The notes beneath the pieces are model-generated. The model had not been told where the DNA came from, did no database searches, and saw only the letters and a list, made by a program, of their open reading frames with translations. Source: Chloroflexota bacterium (GTDB taxonomy: Bacteria; Chloroflexota; UBA11872; VXOZ01). Taken from it: DNA of 64,000 nt. Below, in pieces: positions 1 through 12,597 of the stretch; positions within the stretch are counted from its first letter, which is position 1, and the number at the start of each line of letters is the position of its first letter. The stretch covers positions 704,001 to 768,000 of the forward strand of contig OY760183.1 in NCBI GenBank assembly GCA_963663275.1. The letters run 5' to 3'. Both the position numbers and the translations under genes were made by a program.

Positions 1-1
1 C

Positions 2-115
2 AAAGACGGCTACAACCGGATCCAATGGGACGATGCCGCCCGCCTGATCTGGGGCAGCGACCTGGAAGTGGACAACACCATCCTCCTGCGCCTCACCGTC
101 CCGGCGCCCGCCTGA
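2..115 (+). CDS. 3' end of a gene truncated by the window edge (...KDGYNRIQWDDAARLIWGSDLEVDNTILLRLTVPAPA*)
   Basis: Open frame with GC3-rich codons ending TGA at 113-115. Confidence 0.6.
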   Translation, partial: KDGYNRIQWDDAARLIWGSDLEVDNTILLRLTVPAPA

Positions 116-132
116 GCATCCCGCTGCGGTAG

Positions 133-272
133 GAGACTCTTGCAAAACTCCGTCATTCCGGCGAAAGCCGGAATCCAGAGCGCACTTACAACTAAAACTA
201 GCATCACGTCAATGCTAGTCGCCCCCAACCCAGCCTTCCTCCTCAATGGGGAAGAGGTTCTGCAAAGGTCTT
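133..272. mobile_element. MITE family A (140 bp, GAGACCTTTGCA-type TIRs), degenerate copy
   Basis: GAGACTCTTGCAAAA...TTCTGCAAAGGTCTT; internal GTCATTCCGGCGAAAGCCGGAATCC hairpin; same length as copies at 30587, 33798 and 46714. Confidence 0.8.
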
Positions 273-306
273 CCTGGGCGGAGAGCGGTCTTTTGCAGAA
301 CGGCGA

Positions 307-1614
307 TTACTCTTGCGACAGCAGCCAGGTTACCAGCGCGTCGGTGAAGGCGTCGCCGTAGCCGGGACCGTGGCCGCTGCCCTCGCCCTGCCACAGCTCG
401 ATGGTGATGCCCTCAGTGCAGCCGGCTTCCAGGCGGAAGGCGTGGGTTTCCGCCCCCGGCACGTACTGGTCCAGATCGAGAGCGGCGTATGGCTGGGGGT
501 TATCGGGCCAGTCGCAGCCGGCCCGCCGGCTCCAGCGCGTCACCATCTCCCGCGCCCCAGCGTAGAAGGCCGGTTCATCGTCCTCCCGCGCGCTCCGGTC
601 GCCCTCGAAGAGGATCACGTCGTCCGCCGTGCCGTGGACGTGCAACACGGACACCGGCTGCGCGCCGTCGCAGCGTGAGTCATCCACGTAACTCGTGCCC
701 GCCAGACTGGCCACGGCGCGCAGGCCGGGCAGACCCTTGCAGGCCAGGTGGTACGCCATGAACCCGCCGTTGGAGTATCCGAAGACGTACACGCGCCCAA
801 AGTTCTTGATTATCTTTGCGCCTGCCACCAGTTCGGTCAGATACGCCGCGTCGTCCGCGCCGGACTTGCCGCCGTCACAGCACTCGTCGGTTGGATTCCA
901 GAAGCGGTCGCCCTCGGCGTTGCGTATCCCGTTGGGCAGCAAGAGCGCGAACCCGTGGGTATTCACGCGCTCGTGCAGGGGCACGTACGCGGCGTGGTCG
1001 GCGGCATTGCCGCCGAAGCCGTGCAGGGAGACGATGAGCGGCGTCTTACCGTTGACGAATTCTTGAGGCGCTATCAGAACCGTGCGGTCTTTGCGCGCGG
1101 GGTGGTCGATGTAGTAGACCGCGCCGCCGCTAGCCTCCGCCAGCTTGGCGGTCGCTTCCAGGATGGCGTCATCCGACAAATCCGCCTGTTCGTCCTTACC
1201 CTTGTCCCATTGCTCCATGGCGGCAAGGTACGAGTCCACTTCCGACGCGATTTCCTCGAGTTCCTGAAGTTGGGCGTCCAGACTGTCCAGGCGCTCGCGC
1301 AGGAGCGCGTTCTCGCTCTTAAGTGCGGCGTTCTCGTCCGCAAGGGCCGCGATGGACGCTTCCAGGGTTTGGACATTTGTCTCCAGCGCGAGTAGCCGCT
1401 CGTCACCAGCAGGATCTTCACTGGCGGCGGCACAGGCAACCAGAACGGCGGCCAGCAGGATGCAGACCGCCGCTGTGCCCAGGCGGCGCAGCCAGCCGGC
1501 CCCAGGGGACGCCGCAGCGCCGAGCGCACCTGTGGTATTGCAGTTCGCTAGATGCCGTTTGTTCCAACGTTCGGGTCCTTCCAGGTTCCATTTCACGTGT
1601 TCAGGACTGGCCAT
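307..1614 (-). CDS. Lipoprotein alpha/beta-hydrolase esterase (LpqC/LpqP, PHB-depolymerase-like) with an N-terminal coiled coil
   Basis: Lipobox-like LVAC, heptad region, SLHGFGG oxyanion motif, GYSNGG nucleophile elbow, HGTADD, C-terminal GSGH; GGAGG RBS. Confidence 0.85.
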   Translation of the reverse strand: MASPEHVKWNLEGPERWNKRHLANCNTTGALGAAASPGAGWLRRLGTAAVCILLAAVLVACAAASEDPAGDERLLALETNVQTLEASIAALADENAALKSENALLRERLDSLDAQLQELEEIASEVDSYLAAMEQWDKGKDEQADLSDDAILEATAKLAEASGGAVYYIDHPARKDRTVLIAPQEFVNGKTPLIVSLHGFGGNAADHAAYVPLHERVNTHGFALLLPNGIRNAEGDRFWNPTDECCDGGKSGADDAAYLTELVAGAKIIKNFGRVYVFGYSNGGFMAYHLACKGLPGLRAVASLAGTSYVDDSRCDGAQPVSVLHVHGTADDVILFEGDRSAREDDEPAFYAGAREMVTRWSRRAGCDWPDNPQPYAALDLDQYVPGAETHAFRLEAGCTEGITIELWQGEGSGHGPGYGDAFTDALVTWLLSQE

Positions 1615-2028
1615 GAGGCGCTTCCTCCGATGCTTGTAGGCGGGGCGTGCCGTGGGGATGGCTTCATCATGATGACTCTTCCATGATGAACCTGCCGGCG
1701 GCTCGCGCGCAATCCCTGGCGGCCACGGCGCGCGTCAGGGCCGGTCCAGGGAGCGATGTGCCGCCTGCGCCCGAGCGGAGCGCCGCGTGGAACAGGGCCA
1801 TTTGCAGTTTGGCCCTCGCCCCGCTTCTCCCGCCCGCAGCAGCGTCAAAGCACTCCGGTCGATGTGATATGCTGAAAACGTCATGCGCTTGCGGGCGCAG
1901 TACACGGGCCATGCTCTATATGAGCGCGGCATGACGGATATGCGGCCTTGCGGGCGGCTCCAGTGTGTCGCGCTCGCGTCCGCATGGATGTCGTTAGATG
2001 ATGAGCACAGAGAGGCAGCAAAGAGCTT

Positions 2029-2958
2029 ATGGAACGCATTTGGCTGCGCTGGTGGGGCTGCGGTGCTTTCGACGTGCGGTTTGGCGACGTGAACATCGCC
2101 TTCGATCCGTATCTCTTTGGTGAGAATCTGGAAAACGCCAAGCCAATCTACGACTACATCTTTATCAGCCACGAGCACTTCGACCACTGCCATCCCAAGA
2201 CGTTGCGCAAGCTCTGCCGGGGCGAGCGGTTCAAGCGCATGTTCGTGCCGCCGGGCGCGCTGTGGCCGGACGAGCCGATTGATGAGAAGTACGGCGACGC
2301 GGCGTTTTCCCGCGACTTGCCCATCAACAAGCATGTGCCGGCGGACAAGATACAGGTGATGTATCCGAAGCACCAGAACGAAATGCAGCGCGGCCGGCCG
2401 TGGGCGGGACCGGCGGACAAGCGAGAGTTTCCCGGTCCGGACGAGATCGACCTGGGCGCGTTGCACGTGGAGACCATCGAGAGCGGCGAGAACCAGCGTC
2501 CCGACCTGCCGAACCTCGGCTTTCTCGTCACCCACAAAGCCTTGAACGTCTCGTTCCTGCACATTGGCGATAGCTGGGCGGCTTACCCGGCGATGCGGGC
2601 GTTGCGCGGGCGGGTGGACTTTGCCATCCACATGAAACTCGGCCTGACGCCAACCAACTCGGCGCAGCAGACTACCGAACTCGAGGACTTCGTGGACTAC
2701 ATCCGGCCTCATGCCCTGATCCCCATTCACTACCGCACCGACCGCAAGTCGGACCCGGTGCCGGAGGGTCACTGGCCGCCGAACGCCAGCGATGTCGCCG
2801 GTTTCATCGAGTACATTCGCGGCAAGGTCGGCGCGCGGACGCGGGTGCTGCCGTTTACGGCCGGCGTGGAGTATGCGGTGAAACTGCCGGAAAAGCAGGT
2901 GGAGTGGGAGTGGGAATGGGTGAACACGTGGGACGTGCCGCCGTGGCGCGAGGGGTAG
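2029..2958 (+). CDS. MBL-fold metallo-hydrolase (UlaG-like)
   Basis: FDPY, SHEHFDH (HxHxDH), HIGDS, IPIHY motifs. Confidence 0.85.
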   Translation: MERIWLRWWGCGAFDVRFGDVNIAFDPYLFGENLENAKPIYDYIFISHEHFDHCHPKTLRKLCRGERFKRMFVPPGALWPDEPIDEKYGDAAFSRDLPINKHVPADKIQVMYPKHQNEMQRGRPWAGPADKREFPGPDEIDLGALHVETIESGENQRPDLPNLGFLVTHKALNVSFLHIGDSWAAYPAMRALRGRVDFAIHMKLGLTPTNSAQQTTELEDFVDYIRPHALIPIHYRTDRKSDPVPEGHWPPNASDVAGFIEYIRGKVGARTRVLPFTAGVEYAVKLPEKQVEWEWEWVNTWDVPPWREG

Positions 2959-2996
2959 CCGGGTTGCCTGCTTGGCGCCGCGGCGGCAATAGCCGA

Positions 2997-3012
2997 TGTT
3001 TCACGTGAAACA
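2997..3012. promoter_or_regulatory. parS centromere site
   Basis: Perfect TGTTTCACGTGAAACA consensus palindrome, extended to cgaTGTTTCACGTGAAACAtcg (2994-3015). Confidence 0.9.
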
Positions 3013-3051
3013 TCGCCACCCGCGTAAAGCAGGGAATACAAGGACGCGCCC

Positions 3052-4338
3052 GTGTACCTCACCGCGCTCTCGCTCACCAACTTCCGCAACTACCGCGCCG
3101 TTTCGCTGCCGCTGGCGCCGGGGCTGACGATCTTCACCGGGCCGAACGGCGCCGGCAAGTCGAACATCCTCGAAGCCGTCCACTGCCTGGCCACCGGCCG
3201 TTCCTACCGCGCCCGCGCCGAGGCGGAATTGCGCAGCATCGATCCGGATCCGGCGCGCCCCTATACCCGCGTGACCGGCGAGGTGGCGGCCGGCGACCAT
3301 GCCACCGCCCTGGAAGTAATCTGGGCCGCCGAGCAGGACCAAACGGCCGGCTTCAGCAAGCGCATCCGCGTGGGCGGCGCGCCCCGCCGCGCTTCCAGCC
3401 TCTTGCAACACCTGCACGTGGTGCTCTTTACGCCGCACGACATCGCCTTGGTGGACGGTTCGCCCAGCGGGCGCCGCCGCTACCTGGACTACCTGCTCAG
3501 CCGCATCGATCCCAGCTACCTCCGCGCCTTGCAGAGCTACGAGCACGTGATGGCGGAGCGGAACGCCCTGCTGCGCGCGCTGCGCGAGGGCACGACCCGC
3601 GACCGGCGGCAACTTGAAGCCTGGAACCAGGAACTGACCGCCCTGGGAGCGCCGGTGATTGCGCTGCGCCTGGCCTACGCGGCCCACGTGGCGGAACCGC
3701 TCGCCGCTCGCTACGCGGCGCTCACGGGAACCGGCGGCGACCGGCAGAGCGGAGTGTCGCACCAGCCCAGCACAGGACCGCAACCGCCCAGCACGGGATT
3801 GGAGCCGCCAAGCGCAGGGCCGCAACTGCGCGGCGCGGGACTGCAACTGCGCTACGATTCGAGCGTGCCGCTGCCGGAGACGCCGCCTGCCGCTGAATCG
3901 CTCCGCGTCAGCACGCTGCCCCAGGCGTGGCAGACGGAGATTCAGGCTGCCTTCGGCGCCGCACTTGCCGAGCACGCGCCCCGTGAGCAGGCGCAAGCCG
4001 TGACCGTGGTCGGCCCGCACCGTGACGACCTCACCTTCCTGCGCGGCGGCCATCCGCTGGCGGCCTTCGGCTCCCGCGGCGAGCAACGGCTGGCGGCCCT
4101 CACCCTCAAACTCACCGAGATAGACCTGCTCCACGCCGAATCCGGCGAGTGGCCGGTGATTCTGCTGGACGACTTCCTCTCCGAACTCGACGCCCAGCGC
4201 CGCGGCCACGTGCTGGCGTCGCTCGCGCCTACGGTGCAAGCGTTCGCCACCACCTCCGATCTCCAACAATTCACGCCGGAGGTGGTGGACGCGGCCCACA
4301 TCCTGCACGTGGCGAACAATACCGTCGCCGCCGGATAG
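3052..4338 (+). CDS. recF: DNA replication/repair protein RecF, with a Pro-rich insertion
   Basis: LTNFRNY, GPNGAGKSN Walker A, GPHRDDL, GSRGEQR, ILLDDFLSELD. Confidence 0.95.
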   Translation: MYLTALSLTNFRNYRAVSLPLAPGLTIFTGPNGAGKSNILEAVHCLATGRSYRARAEAELRSIDPDPARPYTRVTGEVAAGDHATALEVIWAAEQDQTAGFSKRIRVGGAPRRASSLLQHLHVVLFTPHDIALVDGSPSGRRRYLDYLLSRIDPSYLRALQSYEHVMAERNALLRALREGTTRDRRQLEAWNQELTALGAPVIALRLAYAAHVAEPLAARYAALTGTGGDRQSGVSHQPSTGPQPPSTGLEPPSAGPQLRGAGLQLRYDSSVPLPETPPAAESLRVSTLPQAWQTEIQAAFGAALAEHAPREQAQAVTVVGPHRDDLTFLRGGHPLAAFGSRGEQRLAALTLKLTEIDLLHAESGEWPVILLDDFLSELDAQRRGHVLASLAPTVQAFATTSDLQQFTPEVVDAAHILHVANNTVAAG

Positions 4339-4643
4339 TGATGTCAAGATGAGTAACAGGGATAGACCCTTAGGTAAACATCCAGGGCCCCGCGAGCGGA
4401 ACGCCACGCGCTTTCACCTTCACTCTACGCTTTGTCCCCAGCGGCGCGAACCGGAAAGCGCACAGCAACCTGTAGCAGCCGTTTTGCGTCACAAGCAAAG
4501 GCATTGTTGTCTACAGGCGGCTTGTCCTGCGCCAGGGAGCGATATAGACTGGTTGTAGAGGCAAGGCGCGCGGCTTGCCGGTGGTGAGAAGGAGGTACCT
4601 TCGATGAGACGGCTCGATTGCGTGTTCCTCTGTCCGAGACCGC

Positions 4644-5081
4644 TTGGCATTGCTCGCGGCCAGGCGGTGCATCATTGAGAGAGAGTCAATCCTCAGCGTT
4701 CCATCCAGGACCAGAGTGTGGTACTTTGCCGCGTTCACAATTCTGGTTGCAATGGGAGCGCTTGGATACGCGCAAAACTGCAATGCCAATCTAACTGTGC
4801 TCATGTGCGCATGGGAAGGCATAAGCAAGAGTGTTGTTGCGGCAACGCCAATCGCGATTATTCTCGTAGAGATAGGAGCGTGGGCAGTGTGGAAATTCCC
4901 AAGTGAGCGGCTGTGGGAGAAGATCGAAGAGGGGAGAGCACGAGCGAGAAGGGAAGGCTTACAGCAAGGCCGCCAGGAAGGCCGGCAGGAAGCCATCCAG
5001 GAGCTTAGGAAAAAGGGCGTCGAAGTCCCTGACGACATGATTCCCGATGATCCCAAGCAGGACCAGCCCCCCTCTCAGTAG
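4644..5081 (+). CDS. Small 2-TM membrane protein with EGRQEGRQE tail (paralog of 7488-7850); true start uncertain
   Basis: Two hydrophobic segments; shares ERESILSVPS.TRVWYF, AATP, GAWAVWKFPSERL and IQELR.KGVE with the second copy. Confidence 0.75.
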   Translation: MALLAARRCIIERESILSVPSRTRVWYFAAFTILVAMGALGYAQNCNANLTVLMCAWEGISKSVVAATPIAIILVEIGAWAVWKFPSERLWEKIEEGRARARREGLQQGRQEGRQEAIQELRKKGVEVPDDMIPDDPKQDQPPSQ

Positions 5082-5127
5082 CCAATACCCAAGCAGAAGT
5101 CCCGCGACACTTCCGTTGCGGGACTTT

Positions 5128-5541
5128 GCGTGCCGGGAGATGATATGCGCGTCGGCGTTCTTGCATCCCGACCTTGGCGTCATGAAGAGTGCCACGGAGG
5201 TGTTCGAAGACCTACTGGAGAGTGACGACGGTCATCCACAGATGGGGAAGGAAATGAAAGGCCACATCTTGGCGGCCGGGTTCGAGAACCTCCGGATGAC
5301 CGGCACGATCGACATCTACAGCATCCCCAAGGAAATCGCCTTCGTCCACGCGCTCTTTTCTGAATGGTTCCTGTCTCCCGAAATCGTGGAGCCAAGCCTG
5401 AAGTACGGAGCGACTACCCTGGAACTCAGCGAAAGAATACGCGCGGCCTTGGAGCAATGGAAGCACGATAGCGGGGCCGTTGCCGGCCTGTCGTTTGGCC
5501 AGGCGATAGCCAGCAAGCCCTATGGCTCCGGCCTTGATTGA
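5128..5541 (+). pseudogene. 5'-truncated C-terminal half of a class I SAM-dependent methyltransferase
   Basis: ACREMI...GHPQMGKEMKGHILAAGF...FGQAIASKP resembles the second half of UbiE-like MTases; no SAM-binding motif I or credible start upstream. Confidence 0.55.
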
Positions 5542-5698
5542 CGTTCTCTATGGGGCAATGCGTTTGCTCGTCACACCCTGGCCACTGTGCAGGAGCAACC
5601 CCAGTCCACGAGATATAGCGCCGGCGGGTGTCCCCACGGGCGCCGCATTCCAGCGGACGGCAATTACAGAGATCCCTTTTCGCGGCATACCAAAAGAC

Positions 5699-5726
5699 GT
5701 AGGGGCACGACATGTCGTGCCCCTAT
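5699..5726. repeat. GTAG-type REP palindrome GTAGGGGCACGACATGTCGTGCCCCTAC
   Basis: Near-identical copies at 17901, 29877 and 35370. Confidence 0.85.
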
Positions 5727-5762
5727 GTCTTTTGGTATACTGTCCCGTGCCCCTGCGAGAGG

Positions 5763-6245
5763 TTACGGCGTGTACTCTCTGATAGCGGCATAGTTGCTCA
5801 GAATGGTGGAGGTAGCGGATTCCAGGATGCGCAGGTCTTCCGCGCTGATGCCCTCAACCAGTTTGACGTAGTATTCTTGCATGCGTTCGTGGAGGCGAAT
5901 CGTCAGGTCGCGGCCTTCGTCGGTCAGATTCAGCATAACCGTACGCCGGTCGCTGCGCAGGCGCCGCCGGCGCAGCAGTCCCAGGTTCACCAAAGTATTC
6001 ACAATGCGGCTAATGCGGGAAGCGTCCACGGGCAGCAGTCTCGCGAGTTCCGTCGCCGTACACTCTTGTCTCTTCATGCAGGCCCTGAGAAGGGAAAACT
6101 CAACGTGGGTAAGGTCGTAGGGTTCCACTTCCTCAGCCATCCCTTTGAAAACCGCAGTTTCCAGCCGCATCACACAAGCTTCCAAGTCTACCGGCAGGGA
6201 CTCAGCGCGCTCTGTGGGAGGTTGACTAGATTCTGCCATGATCAA
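5763..6245 (-). CDS. MarR-family transcriptional regulator
   Basis: DLTHVEFSLL, TATELA, ISRIVNTLVNLGLL, DRRTVMLNLTDEG winged-HTH pattern. Confidence 0.9.
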   Translation of the reverse strand: MIMAESSQPPTERAESLPVDLEACVMRLETAVFKGMAEEVEPYDLTHVEFSLLRACMKRQECTATELARLLPVDASRISRIVNTLVNLGLLRRRRLRSDRRTVMLNLTDEGRDLTIRLHERMQEYYVKLVEGISAEDLRILESATSTILSNYAAIREYTP

Positions 6246-6488
6246 TTCCCCTGCGATTGCCTAAACGGTTGGTGCGACGGCAGCCAACGCTCGAACAATA
6301 AACCCTAGTCGAAAATAATCCATACATAAAACCGTTCGCACCAAGCTATGCACTGATTATAGCATCTAATAAATGTTGCTGTACACCACTTCAACCCACT
6401 TTCTGCGCGGCTTTAATCGAAGTGCGGGCACGTTTGGCCCCAATTGCGGCTGCCGGCGCGCTTTGGCCGCCGGCGGGGGCGCTCGCGG

Positions 6489-7232
6489 CTAGGCAATTCC
6501 CCCAAGCAGTTCCAGGATGTTGCCGCCCATGACTCTGGCGTAGTCCGCCGCCGGAAACTCCCAGACCCGCACCTTGGCCATTTCGGGCAGGGGCGGATTG
6601 TAGTCGCCGCCGCCGTCGGAGCCCCAGATGAGCTTGCCCGCGCCCAGCGCGTGGTAGGCCTCGCGGATCATCCACGGACCGCTGGTGAAGGACGTGTCGA
6701 GCCAGACGTTGTCGTGGCGCTTGGCCACGTCGAAGAAGCGCCAGTTCATCGCCTGGTCGCTGCTGGAGCCCAGGTGGGGAATGATCAGCTTGGCCTGCGG
6801 CACGGCGGCCGCCCAACGGTCGGGAAACTCCGGCCGGCCGGCGCAGCAGAGCACAATCGGCAGGTCGTAGCCCGCGCCCAATTCCAGAACAGGCAGGAAG
6901 AGCGCGTCGGTAATCTCGCCTTTCACCTCGCCAAAGTGCAGTTTCAGGCCGCGAAAGCCCCAGTCTTCCACCGCCCGGCGCACGGCGTCCAGGCCCACCG
7001 CGCCTTCCTCCGGCACCATGTGGGCATACGGTATCAGCCGTTCCTCCCGGCCGCGCACGGCCCGGCGGGTCATCTCGTTCGATTCCCGGCTGGGCAGGCA
7101 GATGCTGAACACGCACGACTTGTCCACTCCGGCCTGGTCCATGTAGCGGATCGTATCGTCGGGATCCAATTCGCGGCGGTACGCGTCGCCGCCTTTGACA
7201 TGGACGTGGGCGTCGATGATCATGCGCGCCAT
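6489..7232 (-). CDS. Amidohydrolase family protein (Amidohydro_2)
   Basis: IIDAHVH, GLKLH, IIPHLG, VWLDTS, LIWGSD, GGNILELL. Confidence 0.9.
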   Translation of the reverse strand: MARMIIDAHVHVKGGDAYRRELDPDDTIRYMDQAGVDKSCVFSICLPSRESNEMTRRAVRGREERLIPYAHMVPEEGAVGLDAVRRAVEDWGFRGLKLHFGEVKGEITDALFLPVLELGAGYDLPIVLCCAGRPEFPDRWAAAVPQAKLIIPHLGSSSDQAMNWRFFDVAKRHDNVWLDTSFTSGPWMIREAYHALGAGKLIWGSDGGGDYNPPLPEMAKVRVWEFPAADYARVMGGNILELLGGIA

Positions 7233-7487
7233 TCCTCTCTATCTGACTCGCCGGAGTTCCCTAACAGTAGACCATGTAGGACAGTACCATCTTGAGGCGC
7301 TCTTTGACACTCTCATATATAATGAATGCACATGGCTGGGGCGGTCTAGGCCGGTTTCACTTCTGAGGAGATAGGGAGATGCAACAGTTCGCTTTTGGCT
7401 GTTTCAGGCCGCCTGGCACGTGGCCTGGCCAGGCGGTGAGTCATTGCTGAGCGAGAATCGATCCTCAGCGTTCCTTCGCATACAAGG

Positions 7488-7850
7488 GTGTGGTATTTTG
7501 GCATCTTCGTTGCATTAGTTGGAATTGGCGCATGGGACAACCTGATGCAATGCGGAGGCTGGAGCATCGAGCTAGTGGCTTGCCTGTGGCAGGGGGTTAG
7601 CGAGAACGTCATTGCAGCCACACCAGTTTCAATTATGCTAACAGAATTAGGAGCATGGGCAGTGTGGAAATTTCCAAGTGAGCGGCTAGCCGAGAAGATT
7701 GCCGACACGAGGAAGAGGATACGAGAGGAAGGTCGGCAAGAAGGTCGGCAAGCAACAATCCAGGAACTCAGGGACAAGGGCGTTGAGCTTCCTGCCGATA
7801 TGGAAGCCAAGGAGCCTGAGCCTGATAAACCGGATCAGTCGTCCGGTTGA
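7488..7850 (+). CDS. Small 2-TM membrane protein, paralog of 4644-5081 (probably starts about 45 nt upstream, possibly at ATT 7443)
   Basis: Conserved residues continue upstream of the GTG, back to an in-frame TGA. Confidence 0.75.
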   Translation: MWYFGIFVALVGIGAWDNLMQCGGWSIELVACLWQGVSENVIAATPVSIMLTELGAWAVWKFPSERLAEKIADTRKRIREEGRQEGRQATIQELRDKGVELPADMEAKEPEPDKPDQSSG

Positions 7851-7863
7851 CCAACGGACCGTG

Positions 7864-7895
7864 AAGCCCCCGCCGCGCGCGGGGGCTTTACTTTT
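7864..7895 (+). terminator. Intrinsic terminator
   Basis: AAGCCCCCGC-loop-GCGGGGGCTT followed by TACTTTT, just after the stop at 7850. Confidence 0.65.
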
Positions 7896-7947
7896 GCCGC
7901 GTGCCGCCGCAAGCGGCGCCCCGCGCAAAGAGGCGGCAAGAATCCCC

Positions 7948-8108
7948 CTGACAAGGGTATGTAAATGTCATTCCGAGCGGAGCGAGGAATCTAAAGCTGC
8001 TGATTTTGCAGGGCTGCGCTCTAGATTCCGCGAACAGGGTTCGACACTTCGCTGCGCTCCGTTCGGAATGACACGTGAAGTCGATTGTGGAACACATACC
8101 CGTGTTAG
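7948..8108. mobile_element. MITE family C (CTGACA.GGGTA TIRs)
   Basis: CTGACAAGGGTATG...CATACCCGTGTTAG; internal GTCATTCCGAGCGGAGCGAGGAATCT module; related to 29555-29713. Confidence 0.7.
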
Positions 8109-8179
8109 CCAGGAGAGGGAGACTGTACGCGGCCGCGGGCGCTCCCGCGTGCGGAGCCAGGGCAGGATGGGGCGCGCAA

Positions 8180-8188
8180 TGGTATAAT
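8180..8188 (+). promoter_or_regulatory. Extended -10 promoter element upstream of moaC
   Basis: TGGTATAAT about 40 nt before the start codon. Confidence 0.55.
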
Positions 8189-8228
8189 GGAATAAGCCCC
8201 CCGCACAAGGCAACGAGGCGATTCTGTC

Positions 8229-8789
<561 letters not shown>

Positions 8790-8914
8790 GGGCGTTTGGC
8801 CGGCCCGCGCGCGGTGGACTTGACGCGGATTCATCCCTTACCGCAACGATATGGCGCGTTCTTGGCGTAACGCCGCCCACGCTTGCGCTATGAGCCTGAC
8901 CGCAAGGAGAGAGA

Positions 8915-11413
<2,499 letters not shown>

Positions 11414-11454
11414 CGCCGCTGCGCATGGCGCCCGCGGAGAGAGAGTTTGCCCTG

Positions 11455-11606
11455 GCGGGGGACAAGCCCTAATGTTGTCGCATTAGGCGCAATGCGAATG
11501 AAGACTACGATCATTTTTCCGGTAGCGCAGGTTTGTAACCTGCGTCCGCTGTCGTCATGTCAAGCACAAGCGGAAACCGGAGGCGGGGGACAAGCCCCCG
11601 CGCTAC
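11455..11606. repeat. Cluster of GTAG-REPs plus one end of MITE family B
   Basis: GGGACAAGCCC|TAATGTTGTCGCATTA, GTAGCGCAGGTTTGTAACCTGCG, GCGGGGGACAAGCCCCCGCGCTAC. Confidence 0.75.
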
Positions 11607-11651
11607 GTGCCGTTCCCGGCGCGTGTGGGGAGAGGCTTGGCCCCGTTTCCA

Positions 11652-11680
11652 TTGACAGAGTCCGCCGATTGCGGCAGTAT
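11652..11680 (+). promoter_or_regulatory. Putative sigma70 promoter
   Basis: TTGACA-17 bp-CAGTAT upstream of the 11725 gene. Confidence 0.45.
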
Positions 11681-11724
11681 GCGACTACTGATGAGTAACT
11701 TGTGGGAAGGAAGACAGCGTCCCC

Positions 11725-12402
11725 ATGGCGAGAGCAAGAGCGAAGAAACGCAAGTCGCAGAGCCGGCGAACCTCAGGCCGCGCCTTGCGGAAGTGGATCA
11801 TTCCGGCGGTGGTCGTGCTGGGCGTGCTGGCGCTGGTTGTGCCCACCGTCCTGCCCGGCCTCGTCGGCACGGGCGAGCCCACCGGCAGCAGCAGCGCCTT
11901 GCCGACGGACGACCAAGGCGAGTCCCAACAGCGCGGGATCCTGGAAAGCGGCGCCACGCCCCCCGGCTTCGAGTTGGAGGATATCGAAGGCAATACGATA
12001 AGCCTGGAGTCGCTGGAAGGCAAGCCGGTGCTCATCGCCTTCTTCGCTCCCTGGTGCCCCCACTGCCAGGATGAAGCGCCCCGCCTGGTGCAGATCCATG
12101 AACAATACGGCGACCGCGTGCACGTCGTCAGCATCAGCGCTACACCGTACGGCAAGGACTACTCGCCCAACAACCGGGACAGAATCACGCTGGACGACCT
12201 CAAGTGGTTCAGAGATGAGTTCGGCATCACCTATCCGCTGCTCTTCGACCCCAGCGTTCAGGTCGGTACCGCGTATCAAATCAACCGGTTCCCCACAACC
12301 TATTTTCTGGATGCGCAACACCGGGTGGTGGAGGTGTTCGAGGGCGGGAGAGAACTTGCCGAATTCCAGCGGGTGCTGGATGAGATACTCGGCGGGCAGT
12401 AG
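11725..12402 (+). CDS. Membrane-anchored TlpA/ResA-like thiol:disulfide oxidoreductase
   Basis: N-terminal TM, GKPVLIAFFAPWCPHC, FPTTYFLD. Confidence 0.9.
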   Translation: MARARAKKRKSQSRRTSGRALRKWIIPAVVVLGVLALVVPTVLPGLVGTGEPTGSSSALPTDDQGESQQRGILESGATPPGFELEDIEGNTISLESLEGKPVLIAFFAPWCPHCQDEAPRLVQIHEQYGDRVHVVSISATPYGKDYSPNNRDRITLDDLKWFRDEFGITYPLLFDPSVQVGTAYQINRFPTTYFLDAQHRVVEVFEGGRELAEFQRVLDEILGGQ

Positions 12403-12597
12403 CGAACCGCTTGCAAAGCGGAAACCGTCATTGCGCTACCGGCGCGCATCGAAACTCCCTCTCCCTGGTGAGGCCTGTGCGTAACCTCGCCGGCCCGCAT
12501 CGAAGCTCCCTCTCCCCCAGGGAGAGGGCCGGGGTGAGGGGGATTTCCTGCGCCTGCCGCTTGGCGCTAAACGGAGCGCCCCCAGAGGAAATGGGCA

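Noticed and set aside
140-361. Short ORFs translating as SVIPAKAGIQ, PLTPALS or CKGL
   Set aside because: Translations of MITE/REP repeats rather than genes
1588-1603. Second parS site
   Set aside because: Only TTTCACGTG matches; the right arm is divergent and it lies within a CDS
7304-7323. Consensus promoter TTGACA...TATAAT
   Set aside because: Spacing is only 8 bp, so the two hexamers cannot form one sigma70 promoter
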